The position numbers and the translations under genes were made by a program. A model generated the notes under the pieces. It did not search any database. It had not been told where the DNA came from and saw only the letters and a list, made by a program, of their open reading frames with translations. Below are positions 1-10,197 of a DNA stretch of 64,000 bases, piece by piece. The DNA is taken from positions 3,812 to 67,811 of the forward strand of contig CAIPMU010000004.1 of assembly GCA_903866275.1 (NCBI GenBank), in the 5' to 3' direction. Source of the stretch: Vampirovibrio chlorellavorus. GTDB taxonomy: Bacteria > Cyanobacteriota > Vampirovibrionia > Vampirovibrionales > Vampirovibrionaceae. Within the stretch, counting starts at the first letter, position 1; each line of letters begins with the position of its first letter.

Positions 1-256
1 GGGCATCCAGAAAGGTTTTACGGAACATGAGTACGTTCCGGTCCACATCCACTTCAAACTCTTGGTCCAAAATATCCAGTATGGCCTGCTCGGAAAATGC
101 AAACATCACAACGCCACAATTCTCCCGGCCCAGAATGTTTTGAAAACGTTGCAGCATTTCATCGGGTGACAGATCGAGAAAAGCCTGGGGGTTTGGTTTA
201 TCCTCCCCTTGAATTCGCGCTGCCAGAATGGCCAACTTTACCGCAAAATTTCTCAC
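1..256 (-). CDS. Hypothetical protein, 5' part (runs off window start)
   Basis: Open frame from GTG at 256 (MRNFAVKLAILAARIQGEDKPNPQAFLDLSPDEMLQRF...) to the edge with no stop; GGTGG SD-like sequence upstream; absent from ORF track because truncated. Confidence 0.7.
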   Translation of the reverse strand, partial: MRNFAVKLAILAARIQGEDKPNPQAFLDLSPDEMLQRFQNILGRENCGVVMFAFSEQAILDILDQEFEVDVDRNVLMFRKTFLDA

Positions 257-659
257 AGTCCACCACCACCTAAAACTCACTCTATTCTATTATAAGGTAT
301 TTTTTAAATTACTGCGGTGCTTGGGGATTAGGGGCGACATCGCATTCTGGTTCCATATTTCAGGATGGATAGGGTGACATTGAACGTTTGCACTTCAGGA
401 GTCAGTTTTACCAACCCTCTTATTAGGCAGTGTTAGATGATGCAGGGCTGTTTCAACACTCATTTAGCTGGTGGAGTCCATGCCAAATATTTCAGACTAA
501 ACTGAGTTTAAAGTCGAAAAAGATTCGCTGAAAGATGCTTGAGTGGGTTACGACTTTAATCCGCCATCCCTGAACACACCCACGAAACACACCAAGTCGC
601 TTGATATACACAACCGTCAGAAATCCTAACGCTATCGTCACCCAAAGGAGAACGTGAAC

Positions 660-1178
660 ATGTCTATTTCCGCTACATCGGGTAGTGGGTCTAGCTGGGC
701 ATTGGGCGGCCTTCAACCTCGAAAACAGCCCCCGCAGCTCACCAAAGACCAACTGACCCAACTGGACAGTCAGCTCAAGTCGGAAGGTAAGGATACCTCC
801 AACCTGGATAAGATCATTTCCAACTTCGATAAACTGGACACCAGCAAGGACGGCAAAATCAGCATGGATGAGCTGAAGACCGGTGCCCAGCAGTTTGGCA
901 TTCAGATGCCCAAAGGCGGTGGCCATCACCACCACGCCAAAAAACCGGACAATGACGGGGATGACGCAGGAAATGCAAACAGCGTCAGCAGCAACAGCTG
1001 GGGTCCTCCCCCGGGCTTGTTGAGTTCTTCTCCCCCACCCGGTGGCGCACCACCCAGCGGCAAAGGCTTTGATCCCAATTCTTTCATGCTGAGCATGCTG
1101 GAAAAGTTTGCAGGATCCGATCCCACCACTGCAGCCCAAACGCAGGCCTCCGGCAGTTCCATTAACCTGGCTGCCTAG
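660..1178 (+). CDS. EF-hand domain protein, Gly/Pro/His-rich
   Basis: EF-hand loop DTSKDGKISMDE; AAGGAG SD upstream (start GTG 654 or ATG 660); terminator follows. Confidence 0.8.
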   Translation: MSISATSGSGSSWALGGLQPRKQPPQLTKDQLTQLDSQLKSEGKDTSNLDKIISNFDKLDTSKDGKISMDELKTGAQQFGIQMPKGGGHHHHAKKPDNDGDDAGNANSVSSNSWGPPPGLLSSSPPPGGAPPSGKGFDPNSFMLSMLEKFAGSDPTTAAQTQASGSSINLAA

Positions 1179-1244
1179 GTTTCTGCGTTTTCAATGAATC
1201 ATCGCTACATTCCTACGATACACACGATGCGATAGTTTAGGAAT

Positions 1245-1294
1245 GAAAAAGCGCCATGACTCGAATGTTAAACCCATTCGGCTGGCGCTTTTTC
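1245..1294. terminator. Bidirectional intrinsic terminator
   Basis: GAAAAAGCGCCA...TGGCGCTTTTTC stem with inner CGAATG/CATTCG, between convergent genes. Confidence 0.75.
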
Positions 1295-1350
1295 GGTGGA
1301 TATTCCGCCAAAACAACGGGGCTCCCCGAGTAATGACAGAATGAGGAAGG

Positions 1351-1998
1351 CTAATTGACCGGCGGGCACGGACGCTCCAGAGCATTTCGGGGGAGCTTAA
1401 GGCCTGACAGCAGCATATCAATCAAGGTTGTCAAAAAAGGCTGAAGCGCAAGATCGGGACGGTTTTCCATCAGCGGCGGCTTGATGCTCATCAGGGCCAT
1501 GCGAAGCATTCGAGCCTGGCTCAAGCTGTCTTCCAGCGGTAAAATCAGACCCTGAGCTGCCGCCTGATCCAGCAAATGGGCCATCAGTTTGGCCTTTTCA
1601 TCGAGAGTTTGATGGAAAAAGGACTGCCCCATCACACGTCCCCGCAAATAAGGCGGCGGATGGATCGGATTCGGATCCTGAAAATGCTTTTTCATATTAT
1701 GAAACGTGAACAAGGCATCTTGTAAAAGCACGTTTTGCAATGTTTTTAGAGGGCCATCGCTGCTGTTTTCAATCACCAGCCGCATTTGTTCCAGCGCCTT
1801 GGCCTGATTTCTCTGCACCACAGCCATGAGGATCTCTTCCTTGTTGGTGAAATCACTGTAGAGTGTTGCTTTGCCAATCCCGACCGCTTTGGCTATATCT
1901 TCAAGGGTGGTTTTGGCAAAGCCATAACGGTCAAAAAGTTCTTGGGCCGCATCAACGATTAATTCGGCCTGATTTTCCAGTTTTTTCTTGCGACCCAT
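1351..1998 (-). CDS. TetR/AcrR family transcriptional regulator
   Basis: N-terminal HTH AAQELFDRYGFAKTTLEDIAKAVGIGKATLY. Confidence 0.93.
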   Translation of the reverse strand: MGRKKKLENQAELIVDAAQELFDRYGFAKTTLEDIAKAVGIGKATLYSDFTNKEEILMAVVQRNQAKALEQMRLVIENSSDGPLKTLQNVLLQDALFTFHNMKKHFQDPNPIHPPPYLRGRVMGQSFFHQTLDEKAKLMAHLLDQAAAQGLILPLEDSLSQARMLRMALMSIKPPLMENRPDLALQPFLTTLIDMLLSGLKLPRNALERPCPPVN

Positions 1999-2239
1999 CG
2001 TTTATTGAGCACCCACTGACTCAGTTCTTGCCACAACAATACACCGGACTCCTGACTAGATAGCCCTACAACTAACTTGCCCCAGATCCCGTATCATCTT
2101 GAACCATTTTAATATTGTACTGTAGTTTCTCTCATTTGTGACAGATTTGTCAGAAAACCCTGTGAATTCCTGATAGTCATTAAAACCCCCATCCGGTGAA
2201 CCACCGAATGGGGATTGGTGTTGCTGGCGTTTAGAATCA

Positions 2240-2812
2240 TTATTGTTGAGTAGTGCCTTGGGGTTGGATTGCTCCATTCCCATCGTGATGTTGTTGTTTT
2301 TTATTGTGCCATTCGGTTTTCATGGCGTCCCATTTTTGGGCTTGTTCTGGCGTTAATATGGCCTTCATCTGTGTTTCCATCTTTTCGTGCTCAGCCTTTA
2401 GGTCAGCAAACTGTTGATGCATGGTTTCCCGCTTGGCTTTGATCTGTTCAGGACTGGCTCCGCTGGCTTCCATCAATTTCAGTTCCTGATACTGAGCTCG
2501 TTTGGCTTCAAATTCAGATTGATGTGCCGTTTTAAAGTTAGTGCGAATGGTGGCCATCTGCTTTTTCTGCTCTGGAGTAAGGCCCAGTGCCTTTTCCATT
2601 TTTTCTCGCCCTTCGTGACAATGCTTTTTGCAACCGGCCTTCGATCCGCCAGTCCATTGATCATTCTTCTCGCTCATGACTGGCTTTGTCTCTTTATCCG
2701 GTGTCTTACCCATATTGTTAACAGGAGTGCTGGGTGCCGCATAGGCAAACGTGGACAAAGAGACTGCCAATACAATTACAGCAAGGCTTTGGTGTTTGAT
2801 ATTCATACTCAT
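2240..2812 (-). CDS. Spy/CpxP family periplasmic protein
   Basis: Signal peptide; two LTPEQ motifs (LGLTPEQKKQM, ILTPEQAQK). Confidence 0.88.
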   Translation of the reverse strand: MSMNIKHQSLAVIVLAVSLSTFAYAAPSTPVNNMGKTPDKETKPVMSEKNDQWTGGSKAGCKKHCHEGREKMEKALGLTPEQKKQMATIRTNFKTAHQSEFEAKRAQYQELKLMEASGASPEQIKAKRETMHQQFADLKAEHEKMETQMKAILTPEQAQKWDAMKTEWHNKKQQHHDGNGAIQPQGTTQQ

Positions 2813-3102
2813 GAGGGATCTCCAATATTATGATAACAATGCAACAGACATAGAAATGAGGACTGACATCACGATTATTAATCACTTCACTTGACAAAAA
2901 AAAGCAATTTGATTTCTGAATGGTAGAGACGTTTCAGTCATAAAAAATGTTCCATGCTGATTTTGGAGTCGCGAGTTTAAGCATAGCCATTCTCTCCCAC
3001 CCTGACATACTGCAATGCGCTGACTTTGGTCACAGATAACAGATTTTCCATCCATTGGGCCGGTGGCTGATAAGTTTGTGTTTCAATACTAGGAGTTTGA
3101 TC

Positions 3103-3306
3103 ATGACGCAAAGGGTCGACCGGATGGACAGCTTCTTTCACTGCGCCTACTGCTTTCAAAAGAATACCATTTTTGTGGATCCCACCGGCGGGGACACCCA
3201 GCAGTATGTGGAAGACTGTCAGGTTTGCTGCCAGCCCAATCGCCTGTATATTGCCTGGGATGAGGGCGAGGAACAGTATGTCGCCGACAGTGAGCCGGAA
3301 AGTTGA
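3103..3306 (+). CDS. CPXCG-motif cysteine-rich small protein
   Basis: CAYC...YVEDCQVCCQP pattern; AGGAG SD before ATG 3103. Confidence 0.85.
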   Translation: MTQRVDRMDSFFHCAYCFQKNTIFVDPTGGDTQQYVEDCQVCCQPNRLYIAWDEGEEQYVADSEPES

Positions 3307-3360
3307 AGCATCTGATGAGAAGTAGTCAATTTGCGATCGTGCCCCTTGAACCTATAACTG

Positions 3361-4557
3361 ATGATGTCATTGTATCCAATGAATAACTTGCCACCTTTTA
3401 CACTGGAACAGTATTTGTTACAGCACGAACACAAGGCAGAGCTTTCCCTGTGTAGTTCCGGTTTGGATAGCCTGACTTTAAGGGAACTCCTGGCGTTCGG
3501 AGATTCTGAAACATTGACCTTATGGGAAAAGCAGACGCTGGGATATAGTGATCCCCAGGGGGCACCCCGGTTGCGGGATGAAATCGGTCGGCTTTATGCG
3601 AGCTTGCCCGCCCGTTCACTGGGGTTATTTTCGGGTGCCGCTGAAGCCATTTTCTGTGGCCTTTCGGCGTTGCTGACTCCGCAAGATCACGCCATCATCA
3701 TCACCCCCTGTTATCAATCCCTGAAGTCTGTTCCGGCGAGTATTTGTGGAATTACAGAAATTCCATTACAAATGCGCGAACAGACATGGGAATTGGACAT
3801 TCGGTCGATTGAACAGGCCATTCAACCCCACACGAGGGTGCTGGTGATGAATTTTCCCAACAATCCCACGGGAGCATTGCCATCGGACACCCTGCGTCAG
3901 GCGCTGATTGCACTGGCACGAGCCCATGACTTGTATATTTTCTCCGATGAAGTGTATCGGGGACTGGAACTAGCGGACACACCACAATGGCCGCCTATGG
4001 TTGACGCTTACGAGAAAGGAATCAGCGTGGGCAGCCTGTCGAAGCTGTTTGCCATGCCGGGGGTGCGTTGCGGTTGGCTGGCCTGCCGGGATCAGTCCAT
4101 TCTGGAGAAAGCCGTGGGGTTTAAGCATTACACCACCATCTGCAACAATGGCCCCGGTGAAATCCTAGCCCTGATGGCCCTGCGCGCCCACGCCGAAATC
4201 ATCCCCAGAAACCGGTCGGTTTTAGCGCCTCGTTTTGTACTCATGCACCAGTTTTTAGAGCGTCATCCCGCTGTGTTTGATTGGGTTGCGCCCCAAGGCG
4301 GTTGTCTCGTTTTCCCTCGCCTTATCCTTCAGGGGGATTCCTCGGGAATTGCCGAGCGGTTTGCACTGGATTTGCTGGCAGCAGAAAAAGTTCTGGTGCT
4401 GGCCGGTCAGCTTTATGACTTCCCCGGTGAGTTCCTGCGCTTGAGTTACGCCAGCAAAACCTTACCGCAAGCGTTGGAACGGCTGGAACGGTTTATTCGC
4501 CAACATCATAAAAGCGTTTTTCAGAATGCTTCCCAGCCGCCGCCGAGTGTCTTGTAG
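3361..4557 (+). CDS. PLP-dependent aminotransferase class I/II
   Basis: NFPNNPTG, SDEVY, SLSKLFAMPGVRCGW (PLP lysine) motifs. Confidence 0.92.
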   Translation: MMSLYPMNNLPPFTLEQYLLQHEHKAELSLCSSGLDSLTLRELLAFGDSETLTLWEKQTLGYSDPQGAPRLRDEIGRLYASLPARSLGLFSGAAEAIFCGLSALLTPQDHAIIITPCYQSLKSVPASICGITEIPLQMREQTWELDIRSIEQAIQPHTRVLVMNFPNNPTGALPSDTLRQALIALARAHDLYIFSDEVYRGLELADTPQWPPMVDAYEKGISVGSLSKLFAMPGVRCGWLACRDQSILEKAVGFKHYTTICNNGPGEILALMALRAHAEIIPRNRSVLAPRFVLMHQFLERHPAVFDWVAPQGGCLVFPRLILQGDSSGIAERFALDLLAAEKVLVLAGQLYDFPGEFLRLSYASKTLPQALERLERFIRQHHKSVFQNASQPPPSVL

Positions 4558-6086
4558 AGGCGAATGGTTTGCAAGGTCGTGGCCGCTTCGCTTTGGGCCA
4601 CGCGATCCTGCAGGTTCACTAGCGTCCGTTGGGCATCCAGCACGCTGAGGTAGTTGTTCAGGCCGTCATTATACAAAGTCGTGGTGAGTGCCACGGTCTG
4701 TTCATTCTGGGCCAGCGCGGCGGTCAGCTCCTGATGCTGGGCGCGGGCGGAATCGAGGGTGGACACGGCATCCTGCACGTCCCGTAAGGCATCCAGCACG
4801 CTTTGTCGAAACTGGACTTCCCGCTGGGCATAGCGAGCCTGCGCCACTTTGACGTTGGCGCGCAACTCCCGGCGCTGAAAAATAGGCCAGTTTACGGTCG
4901 GGTTCACTGTCCAGTACCGGCTGGACCACTTGTAGAGATCCTGAATTTTAATGGCTTCAAAGCCCATATTGCCGGTAAATCGCACCGTGGGATACAACTG
5001 GGCGCGGGCCGCGCTCATATCCGCACTGGTGGCCGCCAGTTCGCGTTCGGCCTGACGAATGTCCGGGCGTCTCAAAATCAGGCTAGCGGGCAAGCCTAGT
5101 CCTACCACGGGCTGCGCCACAGGTACTGCCTGAGGCGTCTCCAACTCACTCAGCAGGCTGTTGGGTTCCCGTCCGGTGAGAATGGCCAGCGCATGTGACG
5201 ACGTCTCAATCGTCGCCTGCAAGGCGGGCTGATTGGCTTTGAGGCTTTCCAGTTGTGTTGCAGCCTGTGTGCTGTCCTGACGCGGGGCCAATCCAATCTG
5301 AAAGCGCTTTTGGGTCAAGTTCAGGCTTTGTTGCTGAAGGTCTATATTTTTTTGCAAAATGGCCAGCCGGGTTTGGGCTTGTCTCAGCTCCACATAGTTG
5401 CGGGCAATTTCGGAAATCACGGAGATCATCACATCGCGGCGATTTTCCAGACTGGCCTGAATCCGATCGCGAGCGGCTTCCAGTTGCCAACGGCGATAGC
5501 CAAATAAATCCAGCTCCCACGTGGCATCAAAGCCCGTTCGGAAATCATCGGTGGGGTTGTTGATTCCGATGTTGAACGGCGGTGGGGCCCCTGGTATGTT
5601 GGCTTGGGATTGACCCATCTGGGAAAACCGGCCCAGCGGGTTGGTTCCATTGTCACTGAAACGGGTTCGGCTGTATCCGTTTGTGCTGGAGATCAGGGGC
5701 AAGAGCCGACCCACTGCTGCCGATTCCAGCGCACGGGTTTCCCGAATTCGGGCCACCGCGTTTTGCACGCTGTAGTTATTCCGAATCGCGTCTTCAATCA
5801 AGCGATTCAAGAGTGGGTCGTTAAATTGCTGCCACCAGACGATAATGGGATCTTTTAAACTGATTTGGACTTGTAGCGGCCCTTTCAGTCCAGCTTGCGC
5901 CGAATTGCCCCAGTCTGCGGGCACGGCCACAGTGGGTTCCACATAGTCCGGGCCCACCTTGCGGCGAAAGGCCCAGGCGCTGGGCGTCATTCCGGCAACA
6001 GTCAGCGCCAGCAGCAGGCTGAGGCTCAAGGGGCCGCGCCATGATTCTAGATTGGGTTTCGGCATGCCAAGTCTTGTGCTGCGCAT
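4521..6086 (-). CDS. Efflux outer membrane factor (NodT/TolC family)
   Basis: VGPDY, WWQQFNDPLLNRLI, WELDLFG, LILRRPDIRQAE, LYKTLGGGW motifs. Confidence 0.93.
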   Translation of the reverse strand: MRSTRLGMPKPNLESWRGPLSLSLLLALTVAGMTPSAWAFRRKVGPDYVEPTVAVPADWGNSAQAGLKGPLQVQISLKDPIIVWWQQFNDPLLNRLIEDAIRNNYSVQNAVARIRETRALESAAVGRLLPLISSTNGYSRTRFSDNGTNPLGRFSQMGQSQANIPGAPPPFNIGINNPTDDFRTGFDATWELDLFGYRRWQLEAARDRIQASLENRRDVMISVISEIARNYVELRQAQTRLAILQKNIDLQQQSLNLTQKRFQIGLAPRQDSTQAATQLESLKANQPALQATIETSSHALAILTGREPNSLLSELETPQAVPVAQPVVGLGLPASLILRRPDIRQAERELAATSADMSAARAQLYPTVRFTGNMGFEAIKIQDLYKWSSRYWTVNPTVNWPIFQRRELRANVKVAQARYAQREVQFRQSVLDALRDVQDAVSTLDSARAQHQELTAALAQNEQTVALTTTLYNDGLNNYLSVLDAQRTLVNLQDRVAQSEAATTLQTIRLYKTLGGGWEAF

Positions 6087-7198
6087 TATTCCAGTCTCCT
6101 TTTAAAGAACCAGCCCGCCCCAGTGAGGGTAAACAGGGCGATCACGCCCATCGGCCAGGTGTTATTCCAAATTACGTCTCCGGGCATGTCTTTCAAAAAA
6201 CTGCCCTTTAAAATCACCATAAAATAGCGCAGGGGGTTGGCAAAAGTGATAATTTGCAGCCACTGCGGCATGTTCTCAATCGGCGCAGCATAACCGGACA
6301 AGGTGATGGCCGGGTTGGAAAACAGGAACGATCCCAATACGGCTTGTTGCTGCGTTTTGGACATGGCCGAAATAAACAGACCAATGCCGGTGATGGACAG
6401 CAGGAAAACGAGCATGCTGCCATACAGCCACAAGAGCGATCCGGTAAAGGGTATATGAAAAATAAAGACCCCGGCGGCCAGCATGATGCTACCTTCAAAC
6501 GCCCCTAAAATAATAGCGGGAATAGTTTTGCCGATCAAAATTTCCAGCGGTTGCAAGGGCGAAACCAGCAATTGGTCAAACGTCCCCAGCTCCCGTTCCC
6601 GCGCCACGGAGAGCGCGGTGACGTTGGTGGCGATGGTCATGGTTAAAATCCCCACCAGACTGGGCACCGTAAACCAGAAATAATCCAGGTTGGGATTGAA
6701 CCAGTGTTGCGCCACCAGCGTGCTGGCGGGCTTGGCGATTTTTGCATTATGCTCGGCCAGATCCTGATTAAACTGAATCAGGATGCGACTAATATAACCC
6801 TGCACAATTTGCGCCGCGTTAAGTCTGCGACCATCCAGAATGACTTGTACTGGCGCGCTTTGATTGGATAAAATCCGCTTCGAGAAATCTTCCCCGATGT
6901 GCAGCACCACGATGACTTTTTCCGAATCGATCAGATCCCGAATTTGCGCCGCCCCACGCAGGAACACCACATGATTAAACGTGCGCGATCCTTCAATGCG
7001 ATGAATGAGCTCCCGCGACTGCCCGCCCTGATCCTGATTCAGGATGCCGATGCTCACGTTTTTCACTTCCAGCGTCACTGCGTTGGCAAACAACACCAGC
7101 ATCAACAGCGGCGGCATGAGTAACATCATGCGCGTTTTTTTATCGCGCAAGACCGACAATAATTCTTTAATCACCAAGGCTTGAATGCGTTTGAACAT
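6086..7198 (-). CDS. ybhR: ABC-2 type permease (YbhR-like)
   Basis: SVARERELGTFDQLLVSPL, ENMPQWLQ, NPLRYF; operon order. Confidence 0.88.
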   Translation of the reverse strand: MFKRIQALVIKELLSVLRDKKTRMMLLMPPLLMLVLFANAVTLEVKNVSIGILNQDQGGQSRELIHRIEGSRTFNHVVFLRGAAQIRDLIDSEKVIVVLHIGEDFSKRILSNQSAPVQVILDGRRLNAAQIVQGYISRILIQFNQDLAEHNAKIAKPASTLVAQHWFNPNLDYFWFTVPSLVGILTMTIATNVTALSVARERELGTFDQLLVSPLQPLEILIGKTIPAIILGAFEGSIMLAAGVFIFHIPFTGSLLWLYGSMLVFLLSITGIGLFISAMSKTQQQAVLGSFLFSNPAITLSGYAAPIENMPQWLQIITFANPLRYFMVILKGSFLKDMPGDVIWNNTWPMGVIALFTLTGAGWFFKRRLE

Positions 7199-7201
7199 GG
7201 G

Positions 7202-8377
7202 CTAATCGAGCCTCTTCACGGTTTTGGTGGAAATGAGGAGGTACAAGAAAGCGGCGATGATTAGCATCGCCACAAAATTGGGAATTAATAAACTCCAGAT
7301 ATCGCCCGCCAGAAAGATGGTGCGGAGACTGGTCACAAAATAACGCGCGGGCAACAGGGTAGTGATAAACTGCACCCAGTGGGGCATGCTGCTGATCTCA
7401 TAGAGGTAGCCCGACAACAGAAAGGCGGGCAGGAACGCGCTGAGCAAGGCCGCTTGAGACGCTGCAAACTGGTTCTTGGTGGCCGAGGAAATCCACAGCC
7501 CAATGCCCAGTGCATTCAGTAAATAGAGGGCTGCGGCCAGAGAGACCACCGGCAACGAGCCGCGCAAGGGCACATGGAACCAGACGGTGAGAATGAACAC
7601 GCAAAAGTACATCGTCCCCATGCCCAGAAAGAAATAAGGAATAAACTTGCTGATTAATATTTCGGTGATGCTGACCGGGGTGGAGATGAGCGCTTCCATA
7701 GTGCCCCGATCCCATTCCCGCGCCACCACCAGTGTGGTAAGCAGGGTGCCCACCAGCGTGACGATAATGGGAATCGCCCCCGGCAAGAGCGAGTCCCGAC
7801 TTTCAATCTGCTGGTTAAACCACACCTTGGGCTGGGCCGTCACCAGTCCCCCTAAGCCCGAAGAAGCTGATTTCCCCGGCGTGGGGCTGGGGTGCGTTAA
7901 ACCGCGTTGCACTTGCCAGTTGCTCCAGGCCCCTTGCACATAGTTTTCCACAAAGCTGGCCGTATTGGGCTCACTGCCATCCGTGATCACCTGAATGGGA
8001 GCCACACTGTTGGGCTTCAGTAATAGCTCAGAGAAATTGACCGGCACGACCACCAACCCGCGAATTTGGCCCGCCACCAGTTGAGCCTCCAGCGCGCGGG
8101 GATCGGACGAATAGTGCACTTCAAAATATCGAGAGCCTTGCAGCGCATGCAAAAAGTCCGTGGCTTCAGGGGAGTTTTTTTCAATGGCCACGCCTACGCG
8201 CGTTTTGGAAATGTTAAACGACACCCCATAACCAAACAGCATCAGCAAGGTGAGCGGAATAATAAAGGCGATCAAAATACTGCTGGGATCCCGCATAATT
8301 TGCAGGGACTCTTTCCAGATTAATCCCCGCAAGCGGCGTATTGGGGCCGGCATTAAACGGCGTGCTGGCTTGCTCAT
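7202..8377 (-). CDS. ybhS: ABC-2 type permease (YbhS-like)
   Basis: KESLQIMRDPSSILIAF, VVAREWDRGTMEAL, LPARYFV. Confidence 0.88.
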   Translation of the reverse strand: MSKPARRLMPAPIRRLRGLIWKESLQIMRDPSSILIAFIIPLTLLMLFGYGVSFNISKTRVGVAIEKNSPEATDFLHALQGSRYFEVHYSSDPRALEAQLVAGQIRGLVVVPVNFSELLLKPNSVAPIQVITDGSEPNTASFVENYVQGAWSNWQVQRGLTHPSPTPGKSASSGLGGLVTAQPKVWFNQQIESRDSLLPGAIPIIVTLVGTLLTTLVVAREWDRGTMEALISTPVSITEILISKFIPYFFLGMGTMYFCVFILTVWFHVPLRGSLPVVSLAAALYLLNALGIGLWISSATKNQFAASQAALLSAFLPAFLLSGYLYEISSMPHWVQFITTLLPARYFVTSLRTIFLAGDIWSLLIPNFVAMLIIAAFLYLLISTKTVKRLD

Positions 8378-10197
8378 GCCACAGAATCCTTTTGCGCTTG
8401 CTGGCTGGCGTTTTTCTGATCAAAAGCTTCGATCAGGGCGATAAAGGCGTCTTCCATCGTGGGATTGGGGTGCTCGGGCGTGCTCACCTGCTCCCGCAGA
8501 TCGCCGGGCTCACCCAGTGCGATGACTTGCCCGCGGTACACCAGTGCAATGCGATCGCAGTATTCCGCTTCATCCATAAAGTGAGTCGTGACCATGACCG
8601 TGACCCCCAGTTCCACCAGCCCGTTGATGTGTGTCCAGAATTCCCGCCGGGTGATGGGGTCCACGCCGGAAGTCGGCTCATCCAGAAAGAGCACTTGTGG
8701 GTTGTGCATCACGGCGCAAGCCAGCGCCAGTCGTTGCTTAAAGCCCAGTGGCAGGGCATCCGAGTTGGTATTCAGGTAGGGTTGCAGGTTAAAGGTTTCA
8801 ATCATGCGTTCAATGGCATCCCGGCGGGCCTGACCGCCCAACCCATACACCCCCGAGAAAAATTCCAGATTCTGTTGCGCGCTTAAGTTGCCATACAGCG
8901 AAAACTTTTGGGCCATGTACCCAATCCGTGCGCGGGCCTTACTCGATGCCGTCTGTAAGTTCAGGCTGACCACCTTGGCGGTACCGCTGGTGGGCTTCAG
9001 CAGACCACACATCATCTTGAAGGTGGTGGATTTTCCCGCGCCATTGGGGCCCAGCAGGCCGAATATTTCTCCGGCCTGAATGGAAAAGTTAATATCGTTT
9101 GCGGCGGTAAAATCACCAAATACTTTGGTGAGATGAATGGCCTCAATCATAAAAGCGGGCGCAGGTTGTGCGGTGCTTTGGGCGGCGGTTTGAGATTGCG
9201 CTGAATGCGTTTCTGGGGTTGACGCGTTACTTGAGTCACTCAATGGCCCGGTCAATCGGGAATGGCCGCCGGGCCCGCCGCCCAGAATATCAATAAAGGC
9301 ATCTTCAAAGCGGGGCGGAGTGGGCACAAATTCTGCGTTGCCCGCTTGCGGAATTTGGGACAAGTCGGGCGTTCCGTTTTTCTCAGCGGTGACAATGCGC
9401 AGGTTGCGCCCCTGAATCACGCCATCAATCACTTGCGGCGTGTCCAGCGTTTCCGCCAGCACCCGACGCTTGGCCCCTTGCAGGTTCTGCAGGGTAAACG
9501 TGCGATCCTGCACCCTTGCCGTCAGCTCGCCGGGCGGGCCGTCAAACAGGAGCTGTCCCTCGTTGAGCAACAACACCGTGGCGCATTTTTCGGCCTCATC
9601 GAGATAGGCCGTACTCCAGATCACGGCCATACTGTCATCCATGAGGTTGTTCACCAGTTCCCAAAGCTCCCGGCGAGAGATGGGGTCCACGCCCACGCTG
9701 GGTTCATCCAGTAGCAGCAGTTTGGGCTTTTCAATCAGGGAGCAGGCCAAGCCCAGTTTTTGTTTCATCCCGCCGGATAAATTCCCGGCCAGCCGGTTTT
9801 TAAAGCGCTTCAAATCCGTAAAAGTCAGCAGTTTTTCAAAGACTTCATCCCGCTCCCGCCCCGAGACGTTGTGCAGATCACTATAAAGGATCAGGTTTTC
9901 CTCCACGGAAAGATCCTCATACAGGCCAAAGCGCTGGGGCATATAGCTGATGGACTGCTGAATCTGGGACGCCTCCTTCACGCTATCCTGCCCGAAGATT
10001 TGGATGGCGCCTTCGGTAGGGAGCATCAGTCCTGCCATCAGGCGGATGAGCGTGGTTTTCCCCGCGCCGTCCGGCCCCACCAGCCCGGTGATATGACCCG
10101 TTTCAATGGTCGCGGACAGCTGGGCCAGCGCCGGATTTCCAGTCGGTTTAAAGCGCTTGGTCAAGCCATTGAGCTGAACCGCCACCGTTTTGCTCAT
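8374..10197 (-). CDS. ybhF: ABC transporter ATPase with two NBDs (YbhF-like)
   Basis: Walker A GPDGAGKT and GPNGAGKS; signatures LSGGMKQ and LPLGFKQ; two LDEP motifs. Confidence 0.92.
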   Translation of the reverse strand: MSKTVAVQLNGLTKRFKPTGNPALAQLSATIETGHITGLVGPDGAGKTTLIRLMAGLMLPTEGAIQIFGQDSVKEASQIQQSISYMPQRFGLYEDLSVEENLILYSDLHNVSGRERDEVFEKLLTFTDLKRFKNRLAGNLSGGMKQKLGLACSLIEKPKLLLLDEPSVGVDPISRRELWELVNNLMDDSMAVIWSTAYLDEAEKCATVLLLNEGQLLFDGPPGELTARVQDRTFTLQNLQGAKRRVLAETLDTPQVIDGVIQGRNLRIVTAEKNGTPDLSQIPQAGNAEFVPTPPRFEDAFIDILGGGPGGHSRLTGPLSDSSNASTPETHSAQSQTAAQSTAQPAPAFMIEAIHLTKVFGDFTAANDINFSIQAGEIFGLLGPNGAGKSTTFKMMCGLLKPTSGTAKVVSLNLQTASSKARARIGYMAQKFSLYGNLSAQQNLEFFSGVYGLGGQARRDAIERMIETFNLQPYLNTNSDALPLGFKQRLALACAVMHNPQVLFLDEPTSGVDPITRREFWTHINGLVELGVTVMVTTHFMDEAEYCDRIALVYRGQVIALGEPGDLREQVSTPEHPNPTMEDAFIALIEAFDQKNASQQAQKDSVA

